From Acholeplasmataceae bacterium (GTDB taxonomy: Bacteria > Bacillota_I > Bacilli_A > Acholeplasmatales > Acholeplasmataceae), in the NCBI GenBank assembly GCA_034005105.1, contig JAVEVJ010000001.1, positions 5,954 through 69,953 of the forward strand: a stretch of 64,000 bases of DNA. Reading direction: 5' to 3'. Positions 12,934-23,027 of this stretch are shown here, one piece after another; the stretch's first letter is position 1, and each line of letters opens with the position of its first letter. Below the pieces are notes generated by a model, which did not search any database, was not told the DNA's origin, and saw only the letters and a program-made list of their open reading frames with translations. The translations under genes and the position numbers were made by a program.

Positions 12934-14082
12934 ATGAGTAATATCCAAAAAGCACTCAAAGTGGTACGTATTTTACAACAAAATGGTTACGAAGCATATA
13001 TCGTAGGTGGTGCAGTGCGCGACCATCTTTTAAAATTACCTCTATCTGATATCGATATCACAACAAATGCGAAACCTTATCAGGTAGCTAAATTGTTTAA
13101 GACAAAACCCACAGGTATCAAATATGGTACAGTTACCGTTCTCTTTGGACCCGATAGTTTTGAAGTAACAACCTATCGCATCGACGGAACTTATCAAGAC
13201 GCTAGACATCCCAGTGAAGTAAGTTTTGAAGCAACCGTTGAAGAAGATGTCAAAAGGCGAGATTATACCATCAATGGTCTACTCATGAATCAGAACATGG
13301 AAATCATTGATTATGTCGGCGGACAAGAGGATTTAAATAATAAGATCATACGCGCGATTGGTGATCCTTATCAACGTTTTGAAGAAGACGCACTTCGTAT
13401 GATGCGCGCGTTCTATTTTCAAGCAAAATTAGGATTTCAAATCGACAGAGTGACGCGAGAAGCGATTGAAAGCTTAAGACATAAAATCAACGAGATAGCC
13501 AATGAACGTGTGCTTGCTGAAATCATTAAAACATTTAAAGGTTACTACCTTAAACGGGCGATTCAATCGATGGTAACAACCAAAGTCCATGAAGTTCTTC
13601 CGGGTTTAAAAGAAGGTTTACTTTATGCTCAAACGATGGAAGAAATGCCTTATGTCGATACATTTTTCACACTCGCATTTACACTCAATGGCAGTGTGCC
13701 AAGTGAATGGAAGTTTTCCAACAAACATCGCCATCGCTATGAAGTAGGCAGTTATCTTGCAACACTTCCACAACCCTATGATCCCTATACACTCTACACC
13801 TATGGACTTGATTTCTGTTTACTTGGAAACCGTATCGCTTCTGTTCTTGGTAAAGCACAAAATTTAAAACAAACCATTGAAAAGACATACCGAGAATTAC
13901 CGATACAAAGCGATTTGGATCTCAAACTGAGTGCTCCAGAGATGATTGAAATTACACAGAAGAAAGCAGGAGCGTGGGTTAAACAGATACAAACAGATAT
14001 GGTGAAAGATATTTTAAATGGGAAGTTAAAAAATGAAAAAGATGCACTAATAAACTATTTACTAGCGCATGTAAAGGAGTAA
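12934..14082 (+). CDS. cca: CCA tRNA nucleotidyltransferase (class II)
   Basis: AYIVGGAVRD, DIDITT, RRDYTING, EDALRMMRA. Confidence 0.93.
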   Translation: MSNIQKALKVVRILQQNGYEAYIVGGAVRDHLLKLPLSDIDITTNAKPYQVAKLFKTKPTGIKYGTVTVLFGPDSFEVTTYRIDGTYQDARHPSEVSFEATVEEDVKRRDYTINGLLMNQNMEIIDYVGGQEDLNNKIIRAIGDPYQRFEEDALRMMRAFYFQAKLGFQIDRVTREAIESLRHKINEIANERVLAEIIKTFKGYYLKRAIQSMVTTKVHEVLPGLKEGLLYAQTMEEMPYVDTFFTLAFTLNGSVPSEWKFSNKHRHRYEVGSYLATLPQPYDPYTLYTYGLDFCLLGNRIASVLGKAQNLKQTIEKTYRELPIQSDLDLKLSAPEMIEITQKKAGAWVKQIQTDMVKDILNGKLKNEKDALINYLLAHVKE

Positions 14083-14085
14083 AAG

Positions 14086-15009
14086 ATGGAACTGAATGAA
14101 AATCAAACCTATCATCTTGTTGCAAAGGTTGAATCCATAAACACAGGAGCACATTTTTCGAATACTACTGTAATGACGCTTTCGAGTGAACATATCAATC
14201 TCAAACTTGATTTTGAACAATTGGACGAATTATCTATGGGGAAAGTCTATGCATTTGAAGCGTTAGCTATCGTTAAACTCGAAGATGAACTTGTTTTAAA
14301 ATGCACTAAGATTACACCGATTGAACAAGTGTTAAGCGATGTGGAACTTGAAAAGGTACTCAATACCTTCTATGTCTATGCACCGATTCCTATGATGCAA
14401 ATCAAAAAAAGCATCGAATCCTTTATCAACAAGATTGATAATGAAATTATCAAGAAAATCACCAAAAAGATTTATAAGACAAATGAGAAGACGTTTTATC
14501 TCCATCCAGCAGCAACCAAGTTTCATCACGCTTATGTCGGAGGACTCTCACATCATACATATACGATGCTTAAACTGATTGATCCCTTTATTGAAGTGTA
14601 TCCCTATTTAAATCGGGATTTGCTGTATGCGGGAACCATTTTACACGATATGTCTAAAATTGACGAAATCAGTGGTGTTGATGGTGAATATACGAAAGAG
14701 GGACTGCTCATCGGTCATCTTGTTATGCAGACGATCGATATCGACCTTATCGCACATGAATTAGGCTATCAAGATACAGAAGAAGTTCTTATGTTAAAAC
14801 ACATGATTATTTCTCATCACGGACAATACAACTTTGGTTCACCTAAAAAGCCACAGATTGGTGAAGCCTTATTGTTATGGTTTATCGATACAATCGATTC
14901 CAAGTTCACCGTTTTAGGTGAAACCCTCAAAGACACAGCAGATGGAACATTTACACAGTTGATCTCTGTGATGGATAAAATGAAATTCTATAAACATAAC
15001 GTTAAATAA
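14086..15009 (+). CDS. yhaM: 3'-5' exoribonuclease YhaM (OB-fold plus HD domain)
   Basis: PAATKFHHAYVGGLSHH, ILHDMSK, IISHHG, IDTIDSK. Confidence 0.88.
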   Translation: MELNENQTYHLVAKVESINTGAHFSNTTVMTLSSEHINLKLDFEQLDELSMGKVYAFEALAIVKLEDELVLKCTKITPIEQVLSDVELEKVLNTFYVYAPIPMMQIKKSIESFINKIDNEIIKKITKKIYKTNEKTFYLHPAATKFHHAYVGGLSHHTYTMLKLIDPFIEVYPYLNRDLLYAGTILHDMSKIDEISGVDGEYTKEGLLIGHLVMQTIDIDLIAHELGYQDTEEVLMLKHMIISHHGQYNFGSPKKPQIGEALLLWFIDTIDSKFTVLGETLKDTADGTFTQLISVMDKMKFYKHNVK

Positions 15010-15012
15010 ATG

Positions 15013-15042
15013 AAAAAGTACACGACGCCGTGTACTTTTTTT
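15013..15042 (+). terminator. Terminator of cca-yhaM
   Basis: AAAAAGTACACG/CGTGTACTTTTT perfect 12-bp stem. Confidence 0.85.
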
Positions 15043-15046
15043 ACAT

Positions 15047-15075
15047 AAAAAAAGCAGCTAGTTGATAGCTGCTTT
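15047..15075 (-). terminator. Terminator of the PrsA-like lipoprotein gene
   Basis: AAAGCAGCTA/TAGCTGCTTT stem with a T7 run on the minus strand. Confidence 0.85.
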
Positions 15076-15081
15076 AATCTT

Positions 15082-18027
15082 TTATAAACCTGAGTTTAGA
15101 ATTGTGAACCATGTACCATAAAGATCTGCATAGTTGGAATCATTCACACCTTCATCGGATAACATGTATTCATCAAGTTGTCTTAAGTTGATGTTTCTGA
15201 TGGTTGTAAATCTTGCCATTCCATTAGCTGCGGTAAATGATACACCGTCTACAAGTTTGAAGATTAGTTCTCTTTGCATGTAGTTATTGTTATAACGTGT
15301 CAAAACAGGTGTTAAGTAACTGTTGACTGCAGTTTGAACATCGGTTGGTAGAACGACACCTTCTTCAGACTTCTGTTCCTTGAGATAATATTCGATTTGA
15401 GATGCCGTTAAGGTTTCTGAATCTTCATTATACACATTGAGTGTTTCATCTGCAGAAACATACTTGCCATCTTCATCATCTGATTCACTGAATATTGCGG
15501 AAGTTGTCTTACCTGTGCTATTTGCAAGAATCAAATGCCATCCAAAGTCGCTCATAACTTCATCGAGTGCTTCAACAGTGATGACATCATCGTAAAGGTC
15601 TAGAAGTGGGAACTTCGCATCATCATCTTCGATTTCTGAAAGTTCTTGATGAATAGCCATTGCACGGTTGTAGAAGACAGGATCAAGTGTTGATTGGTTC
15701 GTAATGAAGTTTGAAGTGTTGGTAATCTGTGATGAAATGTTTTCAAACTTTAAGTAGAAACCAAGACGTCTGTACTGTGCCCATAATAATTCGATTTGAT
15801 AATCATAAGGAGGTGTTGTAACGTTACCGCGTTCAATACGTCCTGAATTGTTAAACTCAGTAGCGATCGCTGTTAAGCCAGCTGAGTGACCTGTATAGTT
15901 ACCAACACGTGAATAAATCAATTCAACAAGATCGACAAGACCATCTTTAATCTGTTGAACAGAAGCTGCATCAAGACCATCTAAGTATTCCTGAGGATTA
16001 TCTGGAGAACCATCACCGTTTTCATCAAAATAGATGAGTAAGTGGCTAACAGATATTGCTTTATACTTGTTATACTGTAACGCTGCTAGATCAGAGAGTT
16101 TTTCATAGATCGTGTAGTCATCTGTGCCATAATGTGCTTCGATATCATCGATATATTGCTGTCTCAATTCTGGATAAACATAAAGTTGATTGATCGCTTC
16201 TTGGTTTGTTGTTGCACCAAATGCAAGCAACAAGAATTTTTCACGACCCATAGATGCTGGGAAACCAGCTGATGCGAAGTTGTCAGCAGAGAACTGGCTG
16301 ATAATATCTTCGAATTGGGTCTTGAATGTATCCATTTCACTATCTTCAATGACATAGTCATCTGATTGAAGAAGAAGTTTGTTGGATAGAATGTCTAGAG
16401 ATAGATTAATACCATATGATTTTTCAAGTTCATCATAGAAATCATCCACTTTGATATCTTTACCATCGATGGACGCAATCACATCACCTGAACGATCTTT
16501 GGTAGATCCTTCATAACCATAGTTTTGTTCATAGTAAGCACGAACAACTTTGTCATAAATATTGAGTTCTTTTTCTTCGTATAATTTAGAAACTTTTTCA
16601 GAAATATAAGTTGATGTCAATTTGTTTTCAACAACTTTTTCAAACGCTTCAGCTCGCTTAGCTTTGGCTTCATCTGAATCATCAAAAACCATGATATCTG
16701 CATCGTCTTCACTTTCAACCAAGATACCTTCTTCTGTATCTGATTCATCGTCTATTTTGTAGACGAGATAGCGGAAATTACCGAATGTTTGAACGCGAGA
16801 AGAGAATGGTTTTTCAGTGGATAAATCATTGATATCTTCCATCTGCTGTTCAGCAGTCAATGTTGTATATACATGGCTTCTTAAACTTGCATTGAGTTTC
16901 GTTAAGTCATCGTATGTTTGTGTTGATGTGTAAGCTGAACCAGCTTGTGCGACAATCGTACCATCAACTGCAATTTCAACCTTGTTTGCTGGGTTTAAGA
17001 TATTATAAATATTGACAAATTCAACTTTTACCTGTTCTGCCGTCAAGGCTTCATCAGGTTTACCCGTTTCACGTGTTGTGCTAATCACGTAACGTTTGTA
17101 GTAGTTTTCATAGTCAGCAACCGAAATCTTTGAACGATCTTCACGATCTTCACCTAATTTCGATAGAATACCAAGATCACTTAAAATGTCAACAATGTGC
17201 TTATTACCTGTAGGTGTTTCATTGTTTAAATCAACATATCCTGGGTTACCGGTTGTTATACGAATATCAGGAATCTTGTACCAAAGACCTTTTGAGTCCG
17301 ATTTGATACTTGCTTGATAAAGTGCAGCATTTGCTTCGTTTAAGTTAATAAAACGAATGACAAGTGCATCAACATCATATCGACCTTGCATCGTTGTTGT
17401 ATAGTAATTAACTAGATTTGCTTCTGTAATATAATTGGGATCGTCTTCATTTAAGACTTCTTCCTCAAGTAATCCTTTTGCATACTGTCTTTGAGTTGAT
17501 CTCAAGATGTAGCGGTCGAGGAGAAGAGGAACATTTGCATAACCTTCGTATGTGCCAGTTAATCCTTGAATGCTTGCTTTCACTGCTGCGATATCTATGC
17601 TGTTATCCATCAAGTATAGTGAGTCAACGAATTGTTCAATGTTGCGAACAAAACGATCTGGATTTTCAGTGTATAGTTTTTCGAGAGCTTCTAAATCAGA
17701 TGTACCGTGGATGGCACTATTAATCGTTTCATCTAAGTACTTGTTTAAATCTTCATCTCCATCGAGAATAAGATCTCTAACAGTTGTTACTTGATCTGCG
17801 AATATGGTTTCATCTACCATGGTTGCCAAAACTGAAGCACCCTGCATACGCAATTGATCGTATAATTCCTTTTCCGTTACGGTGATATCGCCAATCGTCA
17901 AATATGCGTCCTCAGAGATGCTACCGTAAGGAGTTTTTTCACCACTTTTACATGCGGCCAACGTAAGTAAACCTGCAAAAATTAGCACAAAAATCGCAAG
18001 TTTTCTCAGTGTTTTTGTTTGATTCAT
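15082..18027 (-). CDS. Large acidic lipoprotein with two PrsA/SurA-parvulin-like modules
   Basis: GAAGGAG RBS before ATG 18027; lipobox LAA-C26. Two PrsA-like N-terminal segments (TIGDITVTEKELYDQL; ASIDGKDIKVDDFYDEL). Parvulin-like VSHLLI and SDFGWHLI. Neighbour of yhaM. Confidence 0.65.
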   Translation of the reverse strand: MNQTKTLRKLAIFVLIFAGLLTLAACKSGEKTPYGSISEDAYLTIGDITVTEKELYDQLRMQGASVLATMVDETIFADQVTTVRDLILDGDEDLNKYLDETINSAIHGTSDLEALEKLYTENPDRFVRNIEQFVDSLYLMDNSIDIAAVKASIQGLTGTYEGYANVPLLLDRYILRSTQRQYAKGLLEEEVLNEDDPNYITEANLVNYYTTTMQGRYDVDALVIRFINLNEANAALYQASIKSDSKGLWYKIPDIRITTGNPGYVDLNNETPTGNKHIVDILSDLGILSKLGEDREDRSKISVADYENYYKRYVISTTRETGKPDEALTAEQVKVEFVNIYNILNPANKVEIAVDGTIVAQAGSAYTSTQTYDDLTKLNASLRSHVYTTLTAEQQMEDINDLSTEKPFSSRVQTFGNFRYLVYKIDDESDTEEGILVESEDDADIMVFDDSDEAKAKRAEAFEKVVENKLTSTYISEKVSKLYEEKELNIYDKVVRAYYEQNYGYEGSTKDRSGDVIASIDGKDIKVDDFYDELEKSYGINLSLDILSNKLLLQSDDYVIEDSEMDTFKTQFEDIISQFSADNFASAGFPASMGREKFLLLAFGATTNQEAINQLYVYPELRQQYIDDIEAHYGTDDYTIYEKLSDLAALQYNKYKAISVSHLLIYFDENGDGSPDNPQEYLDGLDAASVQQIKDGLVDLVELIYSRVGNYTGHSAGLTAIATEFNNSGRIERGNVTTPPYDYQIELLWAQYRRLGFYLKFENISSQITNTSNFITNQSTLDPVFYNRAMAIHQELSEIEDDDAKFPLLDLYDDVITVEALDEVMSDFGWHLILANSTGKTTSAIFSESDDEDGKYVSADETLNVYNEDSETLTASQIEYYLKEQKSEEGVVLPTDVQTAVNSYLTPVLTRYNNNYMQRELIFKLVDGVSFTAANGMARFTTIRNINLRQLDEYMLSDEGVNDSNYADLYGTWFTILNSGL

Positions 18028-18159
18028 TGTGTTCACTCCTTCAATGTATTTCATACAAGCAAGTATAATATAGCATTTTTTAGAGCCTTATGCAACCACT
18101 TTCATTTTATTCGTAAATCTCACACATTTTTATGTTATGATAAAAGAAGGTGAAGTAAA

Positions 18160-18927
18160 ATGGAAATATTTGTGCTTGCCAGCGGCTCAAAAGGGAACAT
18201 AACCTACTTAAAAGTAGGAGATGTCAAACTCTTCATCGACGCTGGCATTTCTTATCAAAAAATAAAATCTAAAATGACGGATTATAAAGAGAACCTATTT
18301 GATGTTAAAACACTCCTTATAACCCATGAACATCACGATCATATCATGGGCTTAAAAATGCTCTTAAAATATGGTTCTATTGAACATGTTTATTTGACAA
18401 AAGGTACACTAAATAGCCTTCCGGTTGATGTAGCAAACATGTTTTTAAATACACACATTATTGAAGCTGACAATCCCTTTTTTATTGATCACGTCAAAGT
18501 GACCCCTTTTATGCTCTCGCATGATGCAGAGGAACCCGTTGGATTTGTCGTTGAAGATGATGAGCATAAACTCGTTTTATTGACGGACACCGGTTATGTT
18601 GATGAAAGTTATTACCCACTTTTAAGTGATGCGCATCTCTATATTCTAGAAGCAAACCATAATCCCTTTACGCTCTTTCAGTCACCAAGACCCTTTTTGC
18701 TAAAAAAACGTATTGTAGGAGAAAAAGGACATCTTTCAAATGACGATGCAGCAAGATTGATGAATCAACTTATTCACGAAAAGAGTATATGGGTTGTCGC
18801 ACATATTTCAGAGGATTGTAATTGCATTGATGATATCGATGAAGCCATTGTTAAAGCGTTTGATGACCCCACCAAAGTTGAGGTCTATTATGCATCTCAA
18901 GAAGGACTTGAGGTAATCAAATTGTGA
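18160..18927 (+). CDS. Metallo-beta-lactamase fold hydrolase, YycJ/WalJ-like
   Basis: LASGSKGN, THEHHDH, SHDAEEP, TDTG, EANH, GHLSN; upstream of rlmH. Confidence 0.85.
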   Translation: MEIFVLASGSKGNITYLKVGDVKLFIDAGISYQKIKSKMTDYKENLFDVKTLLITHEHHDHIMGLKMLLKYGSIEHVYLTKGTLNSLPVDVANMFLNTHIIEADNPFFIDHVKVTPFMLSHDAEEPVGFVVEDDEHKLVLLTDTGYVDESYYPLLSDAHLYILEANHNPFTLFQSPRPFLLKKRIVGEKGHLSNDDAARLMNQLIHEKSIWVVAHISEDCNCIDDIDEAIVKAFDDPTKVEVYYASQEGLEVIKL

Positions 18928-19367
18928 TCAAGATTATAGCAGTAGGAAAAATGAGTCATAAAGCGTTGGACGAAATGATTACATACTATCTCAAGCAGTG
19001 TCCAATAAAGATGGATATTGTGGAAATTGATGATGTATCTACTGATCAAGGTATTCAGATTGAAGGAGAAAAAATATTAGCGAAGATTAAACCAGCAGAT
19101 GATGTGATTGCTCTTGCAATCAAAGGTACTCAATATTCATCTGAAAGCTTTGCTCAATTGCTCGATCACAAGATGACCTATCAATCCAAAGATATCGTCT
19201 TTGTCATCGGAGGATCAAATGGACTGAGCAACCAGGTCATTGAACGTGCCAATCAACAGGTTTCTTTTTCAAAGATGACCTTTCCTCATCAACTGATGCG
19301 TCTGATTTTAGTTGAACAGATCTATCGTGCATTGATGATTCTAAAAAACCATCCTTATCACAAGTGA
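18924..19367 (+). CDS. rlmH: 23S rRNA pseudouridine1915 N3-methyltransferase
   Basis: FVIGGSNGL, SFSKMTFPHQLMRLILVEQIYRA, HPYHK. Confidence 0.95.
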   Translation: MIKIIAVGKMSHKALDEMITYYLKQCPIKMDIVEIDDVSTDQGIQIEGEKILAKIKPADDVIALAIKGTQYSSESFAQLLDHKMTYQSKDIVFVIGGSNGLSNQVIERANQQVSFSKMTFPHQLMRLILVEQIYRALMILKNHPYHK

Positions 19368-19377
19368 GACAATACCA

Positions 19378-19998
19378 ATGAAATATATTTTTTGGGATTT
19401 TAATGGCACGATCTTAGATGATGCCAAACTCTGTTATGACATTTTAATCCATATGCTACAAGAAGAGAAAAGACCTACGGTCACTTTTGATGAATACCGT
19501 ATGATTTTCACTTTTCCAATCAAAGATTATTATGCACAGGTTTACGATTTGACAAAATCAGATTTTAAGGATTTAGCCCATCGCTTTATTGCACATTATC
19601 AACCGAGAAGTCTCAAACTTGAATTACATGAAGGTTTCCTAGAAACGTATCATCACCTCAAAACTTTGGGCTACAAACAGGTACTTTTATCTGCATCTCA
19701 GATTAAAAATCTCCACGAACAACTCAAACATTATCAAATCGATCATCTATTCGATGATATATTAGGCACAGATGACATTTATGCAGCAACCAAATTTGAT
19801 GTTGCTAAAGCCTATATAAAGATGCACCAAATCGATTCAAAAGATGTCACCATGGTTGGTGATACACTGCATGATGCTGAGATCGCAGACGCACTTGGTA
19901 GTCGCATCATTCTCTTTACAGGTGGACATCAACATCCTTCCCGATTTGGAAAATATGAAAAGATTGACCAAATCCAAGCATTGCTTGGTAAAATATAA
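19378..19998 (+). CDS. HAD-superfamily hydrolase
   Basis: WDFNGTILDD motif I, LSAS motif II, MVGDTLHD motif IV. Confidence 0.85.
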   Translation: MKYIFWDFNGTILDDAKLCYDILIHMLQEEKRPTVTFDEYRMIFTFPIKDYYAQVYDLTKSDFKDLAHRFIAHYQPRSLKLELHEGFLETYHHLKTLGYKQVLLSASQIKNLHEQLKHYQIDHLFDDILGTDDIYAATKFDVAKAYIKMHQIDSKDVTMVGDTLHDAEIADALGSRIILFTGGHQHPSRFGKYEKIDQIQALLGKI

Positions 19999-20026
19999 TT
20001 AAGGAAAATACATAAAGGAGAACCGT

Positions 20027-20875
20027 ATGAGTAAAGTAGCTATTCTCGTGTGTAGTAATGCAGGCCTAGATTATCTAGATTATCCCAAAGACATTCGTAT
20101 TTTACGTTCGGTCATTCACTTTGGAACGGATGAAGCGTATGATGATTTTGTCCAACTCGATGCAAAAACGTTCTATGAACGTATTCAAAAAAATCCTAAT
20201 GACATCCCAAGAACTTCCTATGTTTCACCAGGAACGATGATTGCTTATTTTGAGGAACTTGAAAAAGAGGGGTATGATGAAGCACTCGTTATCACGATTT
20301 CTTCAAAACTATCTGGTCTTTATGAAGCGGTCAAACGAATCGCATCTGAAGTTAAAATTAAAGTTACAGCCTTTGATTCACTCACTCTAGCGTATGCTGA
20401 AGCCTATATGGCTTTGGAAGCACATCGACTTGCTGCAGAAGGTAAATCAACAGAGGAGATCATTCCCTATCTTGAAAGAATCAGAGATAACGATAAGATC
20501 ATTTTTGCGGTGGATACCTTGCTTTACCTCGTAAAAAATGGTCGTTTATCAAAACTTCAAGGTACACTTGGAACCATGTTACAACTCAAACCACTTCTGC
20601 AGATTGCAGACGATGGTAAAGTTGAATCTATTGAAAAGATTCGAACAATTCACAAAGCACATCAACGTGTTTTAGAAAAATATATTGAGGAAACCAAAGA
20701 TCTCGACGTTTTAACCTACATTTCTCATGCACACGCTGATGAGTATGTCGATTGGTTCAAGCGTGAAATCAACAAAGCATTCCCAGAACGAGAAGTGGTT
20801 GTTGCTTACTTAACACCCGTTGTTGGAGCGCACACAGGACCTAAAGGAATCGGTATTGGTTATATCAAATTATAA
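20027..20875 (+). CDS. Second DegV family protein
   Basis: PRTS, ISSKLSG, FDS, LVKNGRL, TPVVGAHTGP. Confidence 0.92.
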   Translation: MSKVAILVCSNAGLDYLDYPKDIRILRSVIHFGTDEAYDDFVQLDAKTFYERIQKNPNDIPRTSYVSPGTMIAYFEELEKEGYDEALVITISSKLSGLYEAVKRIASEVKIKVTAFDSLTLAYAEAYMALEAHRLAAEGKSTEEIIPYLERIRDNDKIIFAVDTLLYLVKNGRLSKLQGTLGTMLQLKPLLQIADDGKVESIEKIRTIHKAHQRVLEKYIEETKDLDVLTYISHAHADEYVDWFKREINKAFPEREVVVAYLTPVVGAHTGPKGIGIGYIKL

Positions 20876-20878
20876 AAT

Positions 20879-20898
20879 AACACCTTCGGGTGTTTTTT
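20879..20898 (+). terminator. Intrinsic terminator with a cUUCGg loop
   Basis: AACACC-TTCG-GGTGTT plus T run. Confidence 0.8.
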
Positions 20899-20941
20899 AT
20901 TTCAAATAATCGATTAATGAAACACTTTTGTTATATTGCAG

Positions 20942-20950
20942 TGCTATAAT
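20942..20950 (+). promoter_or_regulatory. Extended -10 element for mscL
   Basis: TGcTATAAT upstream of the GGAGG RBS. Confidence 0.6.
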
Positions 20951-20972
20951 ACGACTATAGGAGGTCTATTCA

Positions 20973-21458
20973 ATGAAAAAATTCTTTCAGGATTTCAAGA
21001 AGTTCATCGCGAAAGGTAATGTGCTTGATCTAGCGGTTGCTGTCATCATTGGTGGCGCATTTGGTAAGATTATTTCTAGTTTGGTCAATCATATATTGAT
21101 GCCTGTGATCAGCTTGATTGCGGGCAAAAAGAGTTTTGAAGATATAAAGACGGTTTTAACACCAGCAGATGAAGTAGCGGGTATCACAGAAAATGCTATT
21201 TATTGGGGTCTATTTATTCAAAATGTGATTGACTTCTTAATCATTGCACTTGTCATCTTTATCATTATCAGAGCATTTTCTAAAATGAGTGCACTTGCAG
21301 AAAAAGCAAAGCAAAAAGCTCAAGCAGAAGAAATCAAAGCAAAAGAAGAAAGTGATCGTATCGCAGCTGAAGAAGCAGCTAAACAACCCAAGCAACCCAC
21401 GGTTGAAGGATTATTACAGGATATTAAAGTGTTGCTAGAAAAACAAGCAAAAAGTTAA
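20973..21458 (+). CDS. mscL: Large-conductance mechanosensitive channel
   Basis: FKKFIAKGNVLDLAVAVIIGGAFGKI, FLIIA, LLQDIK. Confidence 0.95.
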   Translation: MKKFFQDFKKFIAKGNVLDLAVAVIIGGAFGKIISSLVNHILMPVISLIAGKKSFEDIKTVLTPADEVAGITENAIYWGLFIQNVIDFLIIALVIFIIIRAFSKMSALAEKAKQKAQAEEIKAKEESDRIAAEEAAKQPKQPTVEGLLQDIKVLLEKQAKS

Positions 21459-21462
21459 AAGG

Positions 21463-21490
21463 AAAAGGGCAAGTAAACGCTTGCCCTTTT
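21463..21490. terminator. Bidirectional terminator between mscL and pdxT
   Basis: AAAAGGGCAAG/CTTGCCCTTTT 11-bp stem. Confidence 0.8.
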
Positions 21491-21533
21491 ATATAGAGAA
21501 TTGAACAATGGGGGGAATTGTACAATTCTCATA

Positions 21534-22103
21534 CTAACTTGAAGATGTAATCATCTTCAAGAAGTACTTGTGAACACTATGATCAGATGTGAGTTCTGGA
21601 TGAAATGATGTTGCTAACATATGATTTTGTCTTACGGCAACAATACGTTCGTTAACGGAGGATAAAACGATCACATCATGCCCTTTTTCTACAATGTAAG
21701 GTGCACGAATAAATGTCATTGGAATCATATGATGATTGAAGAGACTTTGTGTATGGAAAGAAGATAGTTGCCTACCATAACCATTTCTTGCAACAACCAT
21801 ATCCATCAAACCCAAATGGACTGTTGGATCTTGATAAAGTGATTTAGCGAGTAAAATCATACCAGCACATGTGCCTAAGGTTGGCAAACCTTGGGCTATT
21901 TTTTCTTTAAGCGTATCCAACATATCTAAATCTCTTAGAAGTTTTCCCATAGCAGTCGATTCACCACCAGGTAAAATAATCCCATCCATCGGTTGATCCA
22001 AATCTTCTTTTTTTCTGATTTCAAAAGATGAAACATGAAGTTGATTGAGTATATGCTCGTGTTCGATAAACGCTCCTTGAACAGCTAAGATGCCAATTGT
22101 CAT
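21534..22103 (-). CDS. pdxT: PLP synthase glutaminase subunit
   Basis: GILAVQGAF, PGGEST, GTCAGMI, FIRAP, FHPEL. Confidence 0.96.
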   Translation of the reverse strand: MTIGILAVQGAFIEHEHILNQLHVSSFEIRKKEDLDQPMDGIILPGGESTAMGKLLRDLDMLDTLKEKIAQGLPTLGTCAGMILLAKSLYQDPTVHLGLMDMVVARNGYGRQLSSFHTQSLFNHHMIPMTFIRAPYIVEKGHDVIVLSSVNERIVAVRQNHMLATSFHPELTSDHSVHKYFLKMITSSS

Positions 22104-22104
22104 A

Positions 22105-22983
22105 CTACTTTCCTCGTTCAGCCATCAAGAGTTCTATTTCTTGTTCATTGATACCGATCATCGCTTCACCCAAATCTTCAGATATGGACGCTAACAGTTT
22201 TGGGTCGTTATAATTGGTTACAGCTTTAACAATTGCTTCAGCACGTTTCTTAGGATTTCCTGACTTAAAAATACCCGATCCAACAAAAACACCTTCAGCA
22301 CCAAGTTGCATCATCAGTGCAGCATCCGCTGGTGTTGCCACACCTCCTGCAGCAAAATTAACAACAGGTAATTTAGCATGATCATGAACATATTTAATCA
22401 AGTCCATCGAGACACCTAAATCTTTTTGCAAAACATAGAGTTCCTCTTCACGCATGGAGTGAACGCGTCGAATCTCTTTTTGAATTTCACGCATGTGACG
22501 TACAGCTTGTATGATATCACCTGTACCGGGTTCACCTTTGGTGCGTATCATGGCAGCACCTTCTGAAATACGTCTTAGCGCTTCACCTAAATTTTTAGCA
22601 CCACAAACAAAGGGGACTTTGAATGATGTTTTATCGATATGGTGGATGTCATCCGCTGGTGATAAGACTTCACTCTCATCGATATAATCTATTTCGATCG
22701 CTTCAAGAATTTGAGCTTCAACAAAGTGTCCTATACGAACCTTAGCCATCACAGGTATCGATACAGCCTGTTGAATGTTTTTAATCATTAAAGGATCACT
22801 CATACGTGATACACCACCTGCTGCACGAATATCTGCAGGTATACGCTCAAGTGCCATGACTGCAACCGCACCAGCAGCTTCTGCAATCTTTGCTTGTTCG
22901 GGTGTGGAAACGTCCATAATGACGCCACCTTTAAGCATTTGAGCCAGTTCCTTGTTCAATTGATATCGTTCTTTGTCAATCAT
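22105..22983 (-). CDS. pdxS: PLP synthase subunit
   Basis: [42 protein letters not shown]; start at ATG 22983 after an AAGGA RBS. Confidence 0.97.
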   Translation of the reverse strand: MIDKERYQLNKELAQMLKGGVIMDVSTPEQAKIAEAAGAVAVMALERIPADIRAAGGVSRMSDPLMIKNIQQAVSIPVMAKVRIGHFVEAQILEAIEIDYIDESEVLSPADDIHHIDKTSFKVPFVCGAKNLGEALRRISEGAAMIRTKGEPGTGDIIQAVRHMREIQKEIRRVHSMREEELYVLQKDLGVSMDLIKYVHDHAKLPVVNFAAGGVATPADAALMMQLGAEGVFVGSGIFKSGNPKKRAEAIVKAVTNYNDPKLLASISEDLGEAMIGINEQEIELLMAERGK

Positions 22984-23027
22984 ATTTACACATCCTTGTC
23001 TATTTTCTAATTTCATTGTATACTTGT

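Noticed and set aside
19340-19380. rlmH 3' end as an SCC-like integration site
   Set aside because: A HAD gene follows 10 bp later. There is no recombinase, direct repeat or foreign cargo.
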